Positions 9,476 through 18,045 of a DNA stretch of 64,000 nucleotides are shown here, one piece after another. Origin of the DNA: Myxococcota bacterium. GTDB taxonomy: Bacteria > Myxococcota_A > UBA9160 > UBA6930. The notes beneath the pieces are model-generated. The model was not told the origin of the DNA. It saw nothing but the letters and a program-made list of their open reading frames with translations, and ran no database searches. The stretch lies in contig OZ245002.1 in NCBI GenBank assembly GCA_965223415.1, positions 2,880,001 through 2,944,000 of the forward strand. Direction: 5' to 3'. A program made the translations under genes and the position numbers. How positions within the stretch are numbered: position 1 is the first letter of the stretch; every line of letters starts with the position of its first letter.

Positions 9476-11065
9476 ATGCCCAAGCCCGCCCATCCCGTGT
9501 ATGTCGCCGGCGTCGGCCTCACCAAGGTCGACCTGACGGGCCGGGTGTTCGGCAGCATCTTCGACCTGTTCGCCCAGGCCTTCTCGCGGGCGCTCCAGGA
9601 TTCGCGGGTGCGGAGCTTCGATGCGGTCCAGATCGGCATCATGGACAGCGAGGAGTTCGAGAACCGCGCCAACATCGCCGCCAAGGTGGTCGACCGGTTG
9701 GGGCTGCGGGGCGTGCCCGCGGTGCGCAGCGAGACGGCGTCGTCCACGGGCGCCGCCGCCTTCCACGAGGCCTGCTACAAGGTCGCGTCCGGCCAGTGCG
9801 AGAGCGTGCTCGTGCTGGCGGGCGAGCGCATGAAGACGGTCACCACCCAGATGGCGACCCACATCATGTCGAAGACCGTCGACCCAGAGGAGCGCCGCTT
9901 CGGCTTCACCATGCCGGGACTGATCGCGCTCGTCACCCAGGCGTGGCTCGGCAGCACCGGGATCTCGGGCGAGCGGGCACGGGCGATCCTGGCGCGGCTG
10001 ATGGTGCGGGCCCACGCGCTCGGGGCGGAGAATCCGCTGGCCGCGTTCCACGGCAAGCCCGAGCCCCTCGACGCGTACTTCGACGAGACGAAGAACCTGC
10101 CGGTCGCGACGCCGCTGATGCGCAAGGACTGCTCGCCCATCTGCGACGGTGCCGCCGCGGTGATCGTGACGGCGCGGCCGGACGCGCTTCGCGTCGCGGG
10201 GCTGGGCTCCGCGACCGAGAGCTCTTCGATTCTCGATCGCGACGCTCTCGACCACCTGGACGCGACGCGCCAGGCAGCGCGGGTCGCGTGCTACCGGGCG
10301 GGCATCCGCGATCCTCGCCGCCTGGCGGGCCTCGTGGTGGAGGCCCACGACGCATTCAACAGCCTGCTGCCGATCGACCTGGTCGATCTCGGGCTGCTGC
10401 GCGAGGACGAGGTGGTCGAGGCGTTGGTCGGCGACCTGGACGGGGCGCCCTTGGATCCGATCCTGAACCCGGTCACCGGCGTGGGCGGGCGGGTGCCGAC
10501 GAACCTGTCCGGTGGGCTGAAGGCGCGCGGGCATCCGGTCGGCGGCACCGGGCTCTTCCAGATCGCCGAGTGCGCCCTGCAGCTCCAGGGCCGGTTCCCG
10601 AACCCGCGCGCGCAGGTACAAGGCGCGACGATCGGCATGGCCCACTCGATCGGAGGGCCGGGCAACAACGTGTACGTGACGTTGCTCGAGCACAGCGATT
10701 CGTTGCGCCTGCCCGAAGCCGTTCCCGAGCCGCGGCTCCACTTCGAGGCCCGGCCGCAGCGGCCGGCGCCGGATCCGGCGCACCTCCACGGCGCCCGCGC
10801 CGTCGTCGAGGCGGCGACCACCATCCACGTGACCGGGGGCTCGGAAGGCGAGCCGGTGCACGTCGCCGTCGTGAATCTCGACGGTACCCGCGTCTTCGCT
10901 CGCCTCGATCACCCGGCGGACCAGGAGCTGCCCCAGGAGTCGCTCGCCGGCCAGAGGGTCCGCCTCCTCGTCAAGGACGACGGCGACCACTACTTCCAGC
11001 TCGACCGCGACCGCGGTGGCCTCGGTCAGCTCCTCTCCCGCGTCCGCGCTGCCCTCACGACCTGA
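9476..11065 (+). CDS. Thiolase-superfamily (SCP2/Ltp2-like) protein with C-terminal DUF35-like OB fold
   Basis: DCSPICDGAAAVI, VEAHDAF, NLSGGLKARGHPVGGTG. The usual catalytic Cys motif reads ETASSTG. Extra ~100-aa C-terminal domain. Confidence 0.85.
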   Translation: MPKPAHPVYVAGVGLTKVDLTGRVFGSIFDLFAQAFSRALQDSRVRSFDAVQIGIMDSEEFENRANIAAKVVDRLGLRGVPAVRSETASSTGAAAFHEACYKVASGQCESVLVLAGERMKTVTTQMATHIMSKTVDPEERRFGFTMPGLIALVTQAWLGSTGISGERARAILARLMVRAHALGAENPLAAFHGKPEPLDAYFDETKNLPVATPLMRKDCSPICDGAAAVIVTARPDALRVAGLGSATESSSILDRDALDHLDATRQAARVACYRAGIRDPRRLAGLVVEAHDAFNSLLPIDLVDLGLLREDEVVEALVGDLDGAPLDPILNPVTGVGGRVPTNLSGGLKARGHPVGGTGLFQIAECALQLQGRFPNPRAQVQGATIGMAHSIGGPGNNVYVTLLEHSDSLRLPEAVPEPRLHFEARPQRPAPDPAHLHGARAVVEAATTIHVTGGSEGEPVHVAVVNLDGTRVFARLDHPADQELPQESLAGQRVRLLVKDDGDHYFQLDRDRGGLGQLLSRVRAALTT

Positions 11066-11125
11066 CCACGCAACGAGCGGACCGGCCCGCGCGCAACAAC
11101 TTAACAAACGGATCCGGTACCCAAC

Positions 11126-12322
11126 TTAACAGAGTTCGAGGGTGGCGATTTCGCGGGGGGCGGCGATGCGGATGGCGGGGCCGGCGACGCCGGCGCCTCG
11201 GTTGACGTAGAGGACGGTGTCGCCGACGCGGAACAGGCCGCGGGGATAGCGGGAGATGAGGCGGGCCAGGTTGACGCGGTGGGAGAGGCCCGGGAGGGCG
11301 ATCTGGCCGCCGTGGGTGTGGCCGGAGAGGACGGCGGCGAAGCCCAGACGTGCGGCCTGGCGGATCGCGTCGGGGCGGTGGGAGAGCAGGATCACGGGTC
11401 CGTCGTCGGGCAGGCCGGCGCCCAGGGTCTCCAGCTCGTCGGCGATCAGGTCGGGATCGGTCCACATGCGCCCCGGGTCGTCGATGCCGGCGACGTAGAG
11501 CGGCGCCCCGCCGGCCACGCGCTCGAGCTCGGCCCGCAGCAGGCGCACGTTCGGGGCGTGGGCAGCGAGGCCCTCCGCCACGAGCTCGCTACCGGTGTAG
11601 AGATCGTGGTTGCCGAGCACGGCGAACACGCCGAGACGCGCGCGAAGGCCCGCCAGCCCCCTGGCCCCCTCTTCGATGTAGTCCGGATCGAAGTCGAACA
11701 AGTCGCCGGTGAGCGCGACGAGGTCCGGCTCCATCCGGTTCACGTCCTCGACCAGCGTCGCCAGGCGCTCGCCCTCCATCTTGTTGCCGATGTGCAGGTC
11801 CGAGAGCTGCACGATGCGCAGGCCTTCCAGGGAAGGATCGAGGCCGCGGATCGGCAGGCGCAGGTGGGTCCGGTCGTAGCGGGCCTGGCCGACGGTGGCG
11901 CCCCAGAGGATCACGCCGGCCGCGGTCAGCAGCACCGTGTTGCCGCCCAGCTGGAGCCAGCCCCACTGGGTGGTCGGGGCGATCCCGAGCGCGCCGAGCA
12001 GGAGACGGCTCGGAAGGGCGAAGGCCCAGAGCCCGACCACGGCCATGCCGAGAAGGAGCGTCGCGACGCCCGCCGTCATGTAGCCCCGGGCGGCAGCGCC
12101 GCCCACGCCTCCGCTGCGCCGCGCGCGACGCATCGGCGCGTAGAGGGCCACGTTGGCGGCGACCAGCGCCGCCAGGATCCCGATGGCGATCGGCCACGGC
12201 GGGACGGGATGACCGAGCACCACGACCCACAGCCAGTGCAGCACGAGCGCCTGCATCCCGCCGAGCAGGAACGCCAGCGTGCGAAAGACCTCGGTCATGA
12301 AGAAGGTGCGGAGGAAGCTCAT
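11126..12322 (-). CDS. Membrane-anchored metallophosphoesterase (YkuE/YaeI-like)
   Basis: Four N-terminal TM segments, SDLH, TGDLFD, LGNHD, SGHTHGGQ, LYVNRG. Confidence 0.92.
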   Translation of the reverse strand: MSFLRTFFMTEVFRTLAFLLGGMQALVLHWLWVVVLGHPVPPWPIAIGILAALVAANVALYAPMRRARRSGGVGGAAARGYMTAGVATLLLGMAVVGLWAFALPSRLLLGALGIAPTTQWGWLQLGGNTVLLTAAGVILWGATVGQARYDRTHLRLPIRGLDPSLEGLRIVQLSDLHIGNKMEGERLATLVEDVNRMEPDLVALTGDLFDFDPDYIEEGARGLAGLRARLGVFAVLGNHDLYTGSELVAEGLAAHAPNVRLLRAELERVAGGAPLYVAGIDDPGRMWTDPDLIADELETLGAGLPDDGPVILLSHRPDAIRQAARLGFAAVLSGHTHGGQIALPGLSHRVNLARLISRYPRGLFRVGDTVLYVNRGAGVAGPAIRIAAPREIATLELC

Positions 12323-12557
12323 GTCACATGGCGGGGGCCGCAGCCGGCGAAGTCTAACGAACGCGCCCTCGCGGGGGCCGTTGCCCCCGGCTGGTACAAG
12401 GTGACCCCTTTCGACACGAGACCGGGCACCGCCTCTCGTCGGCGCGAGTGAATATCTGGAGCCCTCCGGGCGTCCGCCGGGGGTGGTTCCTACGCTCGTG
12501 GACCCGTCCCTTCCCCGGCATCCGCCGCCCGCGGGTGCCGACGCCCTGGAGGAAACC

Positions 12558-13064
12558 ATGCAAGGAAGCAGAACGTCACTGGGCATCCGCCTGCTGCTCG
12601 CCGCGCTCCTGGTGGGCCTGCCCGTGAGCGGCACGCTGGGCTGCGTCAGCCCGGGGGGAGCGACCGCCGGCACCAAGACCGCCATCGGCGGCCTCGGCGG
12701 CTCCGTCGCCGGCGGCATCGTCGGCAAGGCCGTGGAGGGCCACACCCGGGGCGCCATCGCCGGGGCGCTGATCGGCGGCCTGATCGGCGGCGCCGTGGGC
12801 AACCTGCTCGACCAGCGCGACCGGGAGCTCGCCATGCAGGCGGCCCACCACAGCCTCGAGTACGAACCCACCGGCGCGACCTCGACCTGGGACAATCCGG
12901 ACAACGGCCACTCCGGCAGCTTCACCCCCACGCGCACCTACCAGGTGGCGTCGGGGCAGTACTGCCGCGAGTACCAGCAGGAGATCATCGTCGACGGCGA
13001 ACGACAGCGGGGCTACGGCACGGCTTGCCGCCAGCCCGACGGAAGCTGGCAGATCCAGAACTGA
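12558..13064 (+). CDS. 17-kDa surface antigen-like glycine-zipper lipoprotein
   Basis: Lipobox TLGC, glycine zipper, W.NPDNGHSG, YCREYQQ...GTACRQPDGSWQI. GGAGG SD. Confidence 0.9.
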   Translation: MQGSRTSLGIRLLLAALLVGLPVSGTLGCVSPGGATAGTKTAIGGLGGSVAGGIVGKAVEGHTRGAIAGALIGGLIGGAVGNLLDQRDRELAMQAAHHSLEYEPTGATSTWDNPDNGHSGSFTPTRTYQVASGQYCREYQQEIIVDGERQRGYGTACRQPDGSWQIQN

Positions 13065-13077
13065 CGGGAGCAATGCG

Positions 13078-13455
13078 ATGAACCTCCGAACCCGACCCCT
13101 GCGATCGTTGCGCACCTGCGTGCTCGGCCTGCTGCTGGCCGTGCCTGGCACGGCGGTGGCCCAGGGTGGCGCGCTCGGCGCCGCGGACACCAACCGCGAC
13201 GGCAGCGTGGACCGCCGCGAATTCCACCAGCGGATGGTGGACGTCTTCTACCTCCACGACAGCAACCGCGACGGCCGGCTCACCCCCGACGAGCTGCCCG
13301 GTGTGGACTCCGGCGCGTTCGCGCGCAGCGACGTGAACCGGGACGGCGGGCTCCAGCTCGCGGAGTTCCTGGATGCGCGCGCCCGCGACTTCTCCCGCGC
13401 CGACCGCAACGGCGACGGCTCGCTCGACGGCACGGAAGCCGACGCCTACGAATAG
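13078..13455 (+). CDS. Secreted EF-hand calcium-binding protein
   Basis: Signal peptide and four DxNxDG loops (DTNRDGSVD, DSNRDGRLT, DVNRDGGLQ, DRNGDGSLD). Confidence 0.9.
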   Translation: MNLRTRPLRSLRTCVLGLLLAVPGTAVAQGGALGAADTNRDGSVDRREFHQRMVDVFYLHDSNRDGRLTPDELPGVDSGAFARSDVNRDGGLQLAEFLDARARDFSRADRNGDGSLDGTEADAYE

Positions 13456-13550
13456 CCGAGGCGAGACGGAGCCGACGCCGACGAATAGCCGAGGCGAGAC
13501 GGAGCCGACGCCGACGAATAGCCGAGGCGAGACGGAGCCGACGCCGACGA
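13448..13550. repeat. Tandem repeat, three perfect 33-bp copies
   Basis: ACGAATAGCCGAGGCGAGACGGAGCCGACGCCG at 13448, 13481 and 13514, plus a partial ACGA. Confidence 0.97.
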
Positions 13551-13565
13551 GTCGCCGCGGGGGAG

Positions 13566-14672
13566 CTACGGCGTCTCGAAGGCGCGCCGCAGGAACGCCA
13601 GCAGTAGCGCGTCGCTTTTCGCCTTGGTCTCGTCGTGGCGGCCGATCACGTAGCCGCTCTTCACGCACTCACGCATCGCGTCGCCGCTCTGCACGCGCAG
13701 GGCGATGCGTTCCTCGCGAGACGTCTCCAGCGGCACGTCGACGATCGGACGGCCGCCCACGGAGGAGTGGCCACGCTCGTCGTAGGCGACCTCGCAGCCG
13801 GCCACGTAGGGCGAGTCCGGGTGCATCTCCATCGGGATATGGGCCTCCCACGCGTGGCCGACGCCTTCGAAGACGTGGGCCTCCACGGGCACGCCGACCG
13901 CGCGCAGCTCCGCCTCGCGCTGCTCGCAGGCCGGCAGGTCGTTCGAGGCGTCCTCGGTGCCGCGGAGGGTGAGCAGCGGCGCGCCGTTCGTGGCTCGGGT
14001 GCCGAGGTTCTGGAAGCAGGGGCCGTAGTAGTCGACGAAGGCGGCGAAGCCCGGGTGCCCGGGCAGCAGCGCCTCGCGCACCCGATCGTCCATCGCGAAG
14101 CGCGTGGCCATGCCGCCGTACGAGAAGCCCATCACGCCGATGCGCGCGCCGTCCACCGCCGGATGGGTCGCGAGCAGCTGCAGGGCGGCATAGGCGTCGG
14201 TGACGGCGTCGAACTCCGTCACCGAGAGCACGCGCAGCATGTAGTTCGTCTCCCGGGTCACGCCGCGGGGCAGGTAGTAGTCGAGCACGAAGGCGGCGAT
14301 GCCGTTCGCCGCCAGAAGCTCGCCGTACTCCATCTCGCGGCCGGGCGTGATGCCCCCGCTCCCGTGGAGCACCACCATCGCCGGCACGGGCACGTCGGCC
14401 GAGGCGGCGTCGGGAAGGAAGAAGGTGCCGATGCCGGTGGTTGGCAGCCTGTCGGCCCGGCCGGCAAGCAGCACGTCGAGGTCGAAGGGCGTGCCGCTGG
14501 CGAAGTGCAGGGTTCCGCCGCCCGGACCGTCGGCCAGATCCGCCGGCGGCGCCGGAAGGTCCGGGAAGGTCGGCAGGGCCGCACCGACCAGCCCGGCCGC
14601 CCCGCCCTGCCAGCGGTAGATGCCATAGATCGCCACCCCGAGCAGGAGCAGCACGCCGAGGGTCTTCCTCAT
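13566..14672 (-). CDS. Dienelactone hydrolase-family alpha/beta hydrolase
   Basis: N-terminal TM/signal, VVLHGSGG, RIGVMGFSYGG, GTEDA, GVGHAW. Confidence 0.88.
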   Translation of the reverse strand: MRKTLGVLLLLGVAIYGIYRWQGGAAGLVGAALPTFPDLPAPPADLADGPGGGTLHFASGTPFDLDVLLAGRADRLPTTGIGTFFLPDAASADVPVPAMVVLHGSGGITPGREMEYGELLAANGIAAFVLDYYLPRGVTRETNYMLRVLSVTEFDAVTDAYAALQLLATHPAVDGARIGVMGFSYGGMATRFAMDDRVREALLPGHPGFAAFVDYYGPCFQNLGTRATNGAPLLTLRGTEDASNDLPACEQREAELRAVGVPVEAHVFEGVGHAWEAHIPMEMHPDSPYVAGCEVAYDERGHSSVGGRPIVDVPLETSREERIALRVQSGDAMRECVKSGYVIGRHDETKAKSDALLLAFLRRAFETP

Positions 14673-14719
14673 GGGGCTCGAGCTTGCAGCGGACGCCCGG
14701 GATCGGCCACTCTGCCCTC

Positions 14720-15049
14720 ATGAGCGACGCTGGAGCCCACTACAAGGAGGCCTTCGACCACTACCTCCACGAACGCCTGGAGGAAGCGGTGGCCGCCTAC
14801 CGCAAGTGCGTGGCGGCGGATCCCGACCACGCCCGGGGCTGGAACGGTCTCGCCATGAGCCTCGAGAAGCTGGGCGACGTGGACGGAGCGATTGAAGCGG
14901 GCCTGCGGCTCGTCGAGCTGGAGCCCGACGAGCCGCTGAGCCACACGAGCCTCTCCATCTTCTACCAGCAGAAGGGCATGATCCCGGAGGCCGAGGAGGA
15001 GAAGGCCATCGCCATGCGGCTGCAGATGGCGCAGCAGGGGAACGGCTGA
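14720..15049 (+). CDS. Small tetratricopeptide-repeat protein
   Basis: AVAAYRKCVAADPDHARGWNGLA and LEPDEPLSHTSLSIFYQQKG are TPR patterns. Confidence 0.85.
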   Translation: MSDAGAHYKEAFDHYLHERLEEAVAAYRKCVAADPDHARGWNGLAMSLEKLGDVDGAIEAGLRLVELEPDEPLSHTSLSIFYQQKGMIPEAEEEKAIAMRLQMAQQGNG

Positions 15050-15050
15050 G

Positions 15051-15737
15051 GTGGCCGATCCGAAGGCCGCCAAGTCCTTCGAGCACGGCGAGGCCCTCTA
15101 CGACTACATCGTCGCTCACGGGAGCGAGCCTCCGGACGAGTTGCAACGCTCGCTCCAGGAGGAGACCGCGAAGCTCGGCGGCGTGGCGCGCATGCAGATC
15201 GACGCCGAGCAGGGCGCGCTCCTCACCTGGCTCACGCGGGCCCTCGGCGTCTTTCGTGCCGTCGAGATCGGCACCTTCACCGGCTACTCGGCGCTGTGCA
15301 TCGCCCGCGGTCTGCCCGCGGAAGGCCGGCTCCTGTGCCTCGATGTCAGCGACGAATGGACGGCCGTCGCGCGACGCCACTGGGAGAAGGCCGGCCTCGG
15401 CGGTCGCATCGAGCTGTGCCTGGGCCCGGCGGCGGAAACCCTCGAGGCGCTGCCCTCCGAGGAGACCTTCGACCTCGCCTTCCTGGACGCGGACAAGGTG
15501 AGCTACGCCGCCTACCTGGAGCTCCTACACCCACGGCTCCGCACCGGCGGCGTCGTGCTGGTGGACAACGTGCTCTGGAGCGGCGCGGTCATCGACCCGG
15601 CCCGCGACGACCCGGACACCGAGGCGATTCGCGCCTTCAACGCCCGGGTCGCCGCGGATCCGCGCTGGGATGCCGTGATGCTCGGCCGCTTCGACGGCCT
15701 CACGCTGCTTCGAAAGCGAGGGGCGGCGGACCGCTGA
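15051..15737 (+). CDS. Class I SAM-dependent O-methyltransferase (CCoAOMT-like)
   Basis: EIGTFTGYSAL, FDLAFLDADK, VDNVLWSG. Confidence 0.93.
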   Translation: MADPKAAKSFEHGEALYDYIVAHGSEPPDELQRSLQEETAKLGGVARMQIDAEQGALLTWLTRALGVFRAVEIGTFTGYSALCIARGLPAEGRLLCLDVSDEWTAVARRHWEKAGLGGRIELCLGPAAETLEALPSEETFDLAFLDADKVSYAAYLELLHPRLRTGGVVLVDNVLWSGAVIDPARDDPDTEAIRAFNARVAADPRWDAVMLGRFDGLTLLRKRGAADR

Positions 15738-16410
15738 GGATCCGCGCGACCAGCTCTCCCTGGCGGTGGGTTCCGGTCTTGGCGAACACCTGCTTCAGGT
15801 GGCCGCGCACGGTCTGGATCGAGATGTCGTGGGCCCGGGCGATCTCCTTCAAGCTGCAGCCCGCGGCCAGCTCGCTGGCCACCGCGCCCTCCATCGGTGT
15901 GAGCCCGTAGAGGCGGCCGAGTCGAGCCGCCGACGGCACCCGCGGCCGGGCGGGATCATGGACGAAGATGGCCGCGGCGCGGCGGCCCCGGCGGCCGATG
16001 GCGCGCACCGGTGCGACGGTGAGGCTGTAGGGAGGCAGCCCGGAAGGCCGGGAGACCTGCAAGACCTCGGCGGTCCCCTCGGCGCCGGCCTCCACCATCC
16101 GGGCGACCGCCCGCAAGAGGGCCTCGTTCTCCCGGTGGATCCGCGCCTCGACCCGCGACCCGGCGCGGACCAGGCCGTCGAGCTCGTCGAGCAGTCGATC
16201 CGCCGCGGTGTTGGTGCCGACCACCGCGCCGTTCTCGTCCACGACGAGCAGCGGGTCGGGGAGCAGGTCCAGCGCCGCCACCCCGAAGCTCCGCACGTCT
16301 CCGGACCGAGCTCCTCGCGGCTTCGCCTCGCTCTTGCTGAGGGGGATCCCCGGGTCTCCCTCGCCGCCCGTCATGCCTGTCTGGAAGTTGCCGTCCGTGT
16401 GAAATGCCAT
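15700..16410 (-). CDS. PAS-like + LuxR-type HTH transcriptional regulator
   Basis: ALDLLPDPLLVVDENGAVVGTNTAA (PAS-like) and YGLTPMEGAVA...SLKEIA...TVRGHLKQVFAKTGTHRQGELV. The 3' end overlaps the convergent methyltransferase by 38 nt. Confidence 0.88.
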   Translation of the reverse strand: MAFHTDGNFQTGMTGGEGDPGIPLSKSEAKPRGARSGDVRSFGVAALDLLPDPLLVVDENGAVVGTNTAADRLLDELDGLVRAGSRVEARIHRENEALLRAVARMVEAGAEGTAEVLQVSRPSGLPPYSLTVAPVRAIGRRGRRAAAIFVHDPARPRVPSAARLGRLYGLTPMEGAVASELAAGCSLKEIARAHDISIQTVRGHLKQVFAKTGTHRQGELVARILSGPPPLAFEAA

Positions 16411-16443
16411 GACCCCGGTGTACGGCGATTCGAGCCTCACCCC

Positions 16444-16459
16444 TGTGAACTGCTTCACT
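16444..16459. promoter_or_regulatory. CRP/FNR-family binding site
   Basis: TGTGA-ACTGCT-TCACT, 9/10 match to TGTGA-N6-TCACA. Lies 21 nt from a TACACC -10-like box upstream of the LuxR gene. Confidence 0.6.
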
Positions 16460-16519
16460 TGGGGGAGGAAAACCGGGCTCGGGGGACCGGATTCCCGAAA
16501 ATCTTGACCTGGCGGGCGC

Positions 16520-17062
16520 TTACGACCCTTCGAGCCAGCGGGCGGCACACTCGGCCACCCAACGGCCGTGGGCTCGGGCCGCCGTGAGGTCGGCCTCCCG
16601 GGGCCCGGGGCCCTCGCTCCCGGGGTTCGTCGCGGCCAGCGGCCCCCAGTGGCAGCCGGCGGTCGCGAACCCCTCGAGCCGGTTGTGCATGGGCACGAGC
16701 AGGAGGCCGTGCTCGGCGAGGGTGGCGAGCAGGCTCACCAGGGTGAGCTCGCCGCCACCGCGGCCGCCGTTTCCGGCGCTGGCGAAGACGGCGCCGAGCT
16801 TCCCGACCAGCCGGCCCTGCATCCAGAGGGGCGCGGTGCGCTCGAGGAAGGCGCGCATCGCCGACTCCATGCCGCCCATGTGCACGCCGCTCCCCAGCAC
16901 GACCGCGTCGGCGGCGAGGAGCTGGGCCTCTCCCGCATGGGCGGCGTCGGCCACTTCCGCCTCGCCCGCCGCCTCCCTGGCGCCCTCGGCGAAGGCGTCG
17001 GCCATGCGCCGGGTGCGGCCGGTCGCGGACGCGACGACGATCAGGATCTTGGGACCGGACAA
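16520..17062 (-). CDS. Flavodoxin/WrbA-like NAD(P)H:quinone oxidoreductase
   Basis: ILIVVASATGRTRRMA, ADAVVLGSGVHMGG, LVGKLGAVFAS, GGGELT. TTG start inferred. Confidence 0.85.
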   Translation of the reverse strand: MSGPKILIVVASATGRTRRMADAFAEGAREAAGEAEVADAAHAGEAQLLAADAVVLGSGVHMGGMESAMRAFLERTAPLWMQGRLVGKLGAVFASAGNGGRGGGELTLVSLLATLAEHGLLLVPMHNRLEGFATAGCHWGPLAATNPGSEGPGPREADLTAARAHGRWVAECAARWLEGS

Positions 17063-17067
17063 GGCGC

Positions 17068-18009
17068 TCAGGGTACCAGGGCGAGGCCGCGGACCGCCGC
17101 GGCGAAGTCCGGCGGGGGCTCGCTGGCCGCGTCGACCTCCTTCCACGCCAGGTGGCGCGCGTGGAGCAGCTGACGGGGCGCCAGCGCGTGCTCCGGCCCG
17201 CAATAGGCGGCGTCGCCGAGGATCGGGTGGCCCAGGTGCGCCAGGCTGACGCGGATCTGGTGCAGGAACCCGGTGGTCGGGCGCGCCTCGACCAGGCTCG
17301 CCTCGTCGCTGGCCGCCAGGCTCCGCCAGCGGGTCTGGGTGCGACGCCCGGCGCCCGCGCCCTCTCCCGGGAGCACCCGCACCCGCGCGGGCCGGTGCCG
17401 GCCGACGCCGAGCCGGAGGATCAGCTCGCCTTCACCCTCGAGCCGCCCCGCGACGACGGCCAGGTACGTCTTCTCCACCTTGTGGCTGCGGAAGGCTCCG
17501 CGCAGGCGCTGCCAGGCATCCTCGGCCGTGGCGAACAGCAGCACGCCGGAGGTGTCCACGTCGAGACGGTGGACGACGCCGCTGCGCAGGCCGCCCTCCC
17601 CCACGCCGACCAGCTCCGGGTGCCGCGCCACCAGGGCGTTGGCGACGGTTCCGCTCTCGCCGACCCGGAGTGGGTGGACCGGCGTGCCCGCCGGCTTGTC
17701 GACCGCCAGCCAGCCGTCTCCCTCGGTCAGTACGCCGAGCGGCGCGCCGGGCTCCGGAAGCGGCGGCGCCTCGGCGGGATCGGGCTGGGGCTCGACCCGG
17801 ATCTCGTCACCGGACGCGACCGGCGCACCCTTCGCCTCGAGCCCCGCCGGACGGTCGCGCCAGGTCACCGCCCCCGCGGCGAGAGCGCGGCGGACCCGGG
17901 CGCGGGAGACCCCCAGCGCCTCCGCCAGGAACGCGTCCAGACGCTTCCCGTCCTGCCTCGGGCCGACCACCCCTTCGAAGCCACCCGCGGGGCGGGACCC
18001 CTCCGACAT
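17068..18009 (-). CDS. RluA-family (RluD-like) pseudouridine synthase
   Basis: S4-like N-terminus (RLDAFLA), VDKPAG, VHRLDVDTSG, TGFLHQIRV, HPILGD. Confidence 0.93.
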   Translation of the reverse strand: MSEGSRPAGGFEGVVGPRQDGKRLDAFLAEALGVSRARVRRALAAGAVTWRDRPAGLEAKGAPVASGDEIRVEPQPDPAEAPPLPEPGAPLGVLTEGDGWLAVDKPAGTPVHPLRVGESGTVANALVARHPELVGVGEGGLRSGVVHRLDVDTSGVLLFATAEDAWQRLRGAFRSHKVEKTYLAVVAGRLEGEGELILRLGVGRHRPARVRVLPGEGAGAGRRTQTRWRSLAASDEASLVEARPTTGFLHQIRVSLAHLGHPILGDAAYCGPEHALAPRQLLHARHLAWKEVDAASEPPPDFAAAVRGLALVP

Positions 18010-18045
18010 GGGTAGAGTCTACCGTTCCGCCTGAGAGGGACCCGG

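Noticed and set aside
11110..11121. Adjacent BamHI/KpnI sites as vector contamination
   Set aside because: Only 12 bp with no other polylinker or vector sequence. Better explained as a REP-like core.
13448..13550. CRISPR array
   Set aside because: The 33-bp units are contiguous with no unique spacers, and no cas genes are in the window.
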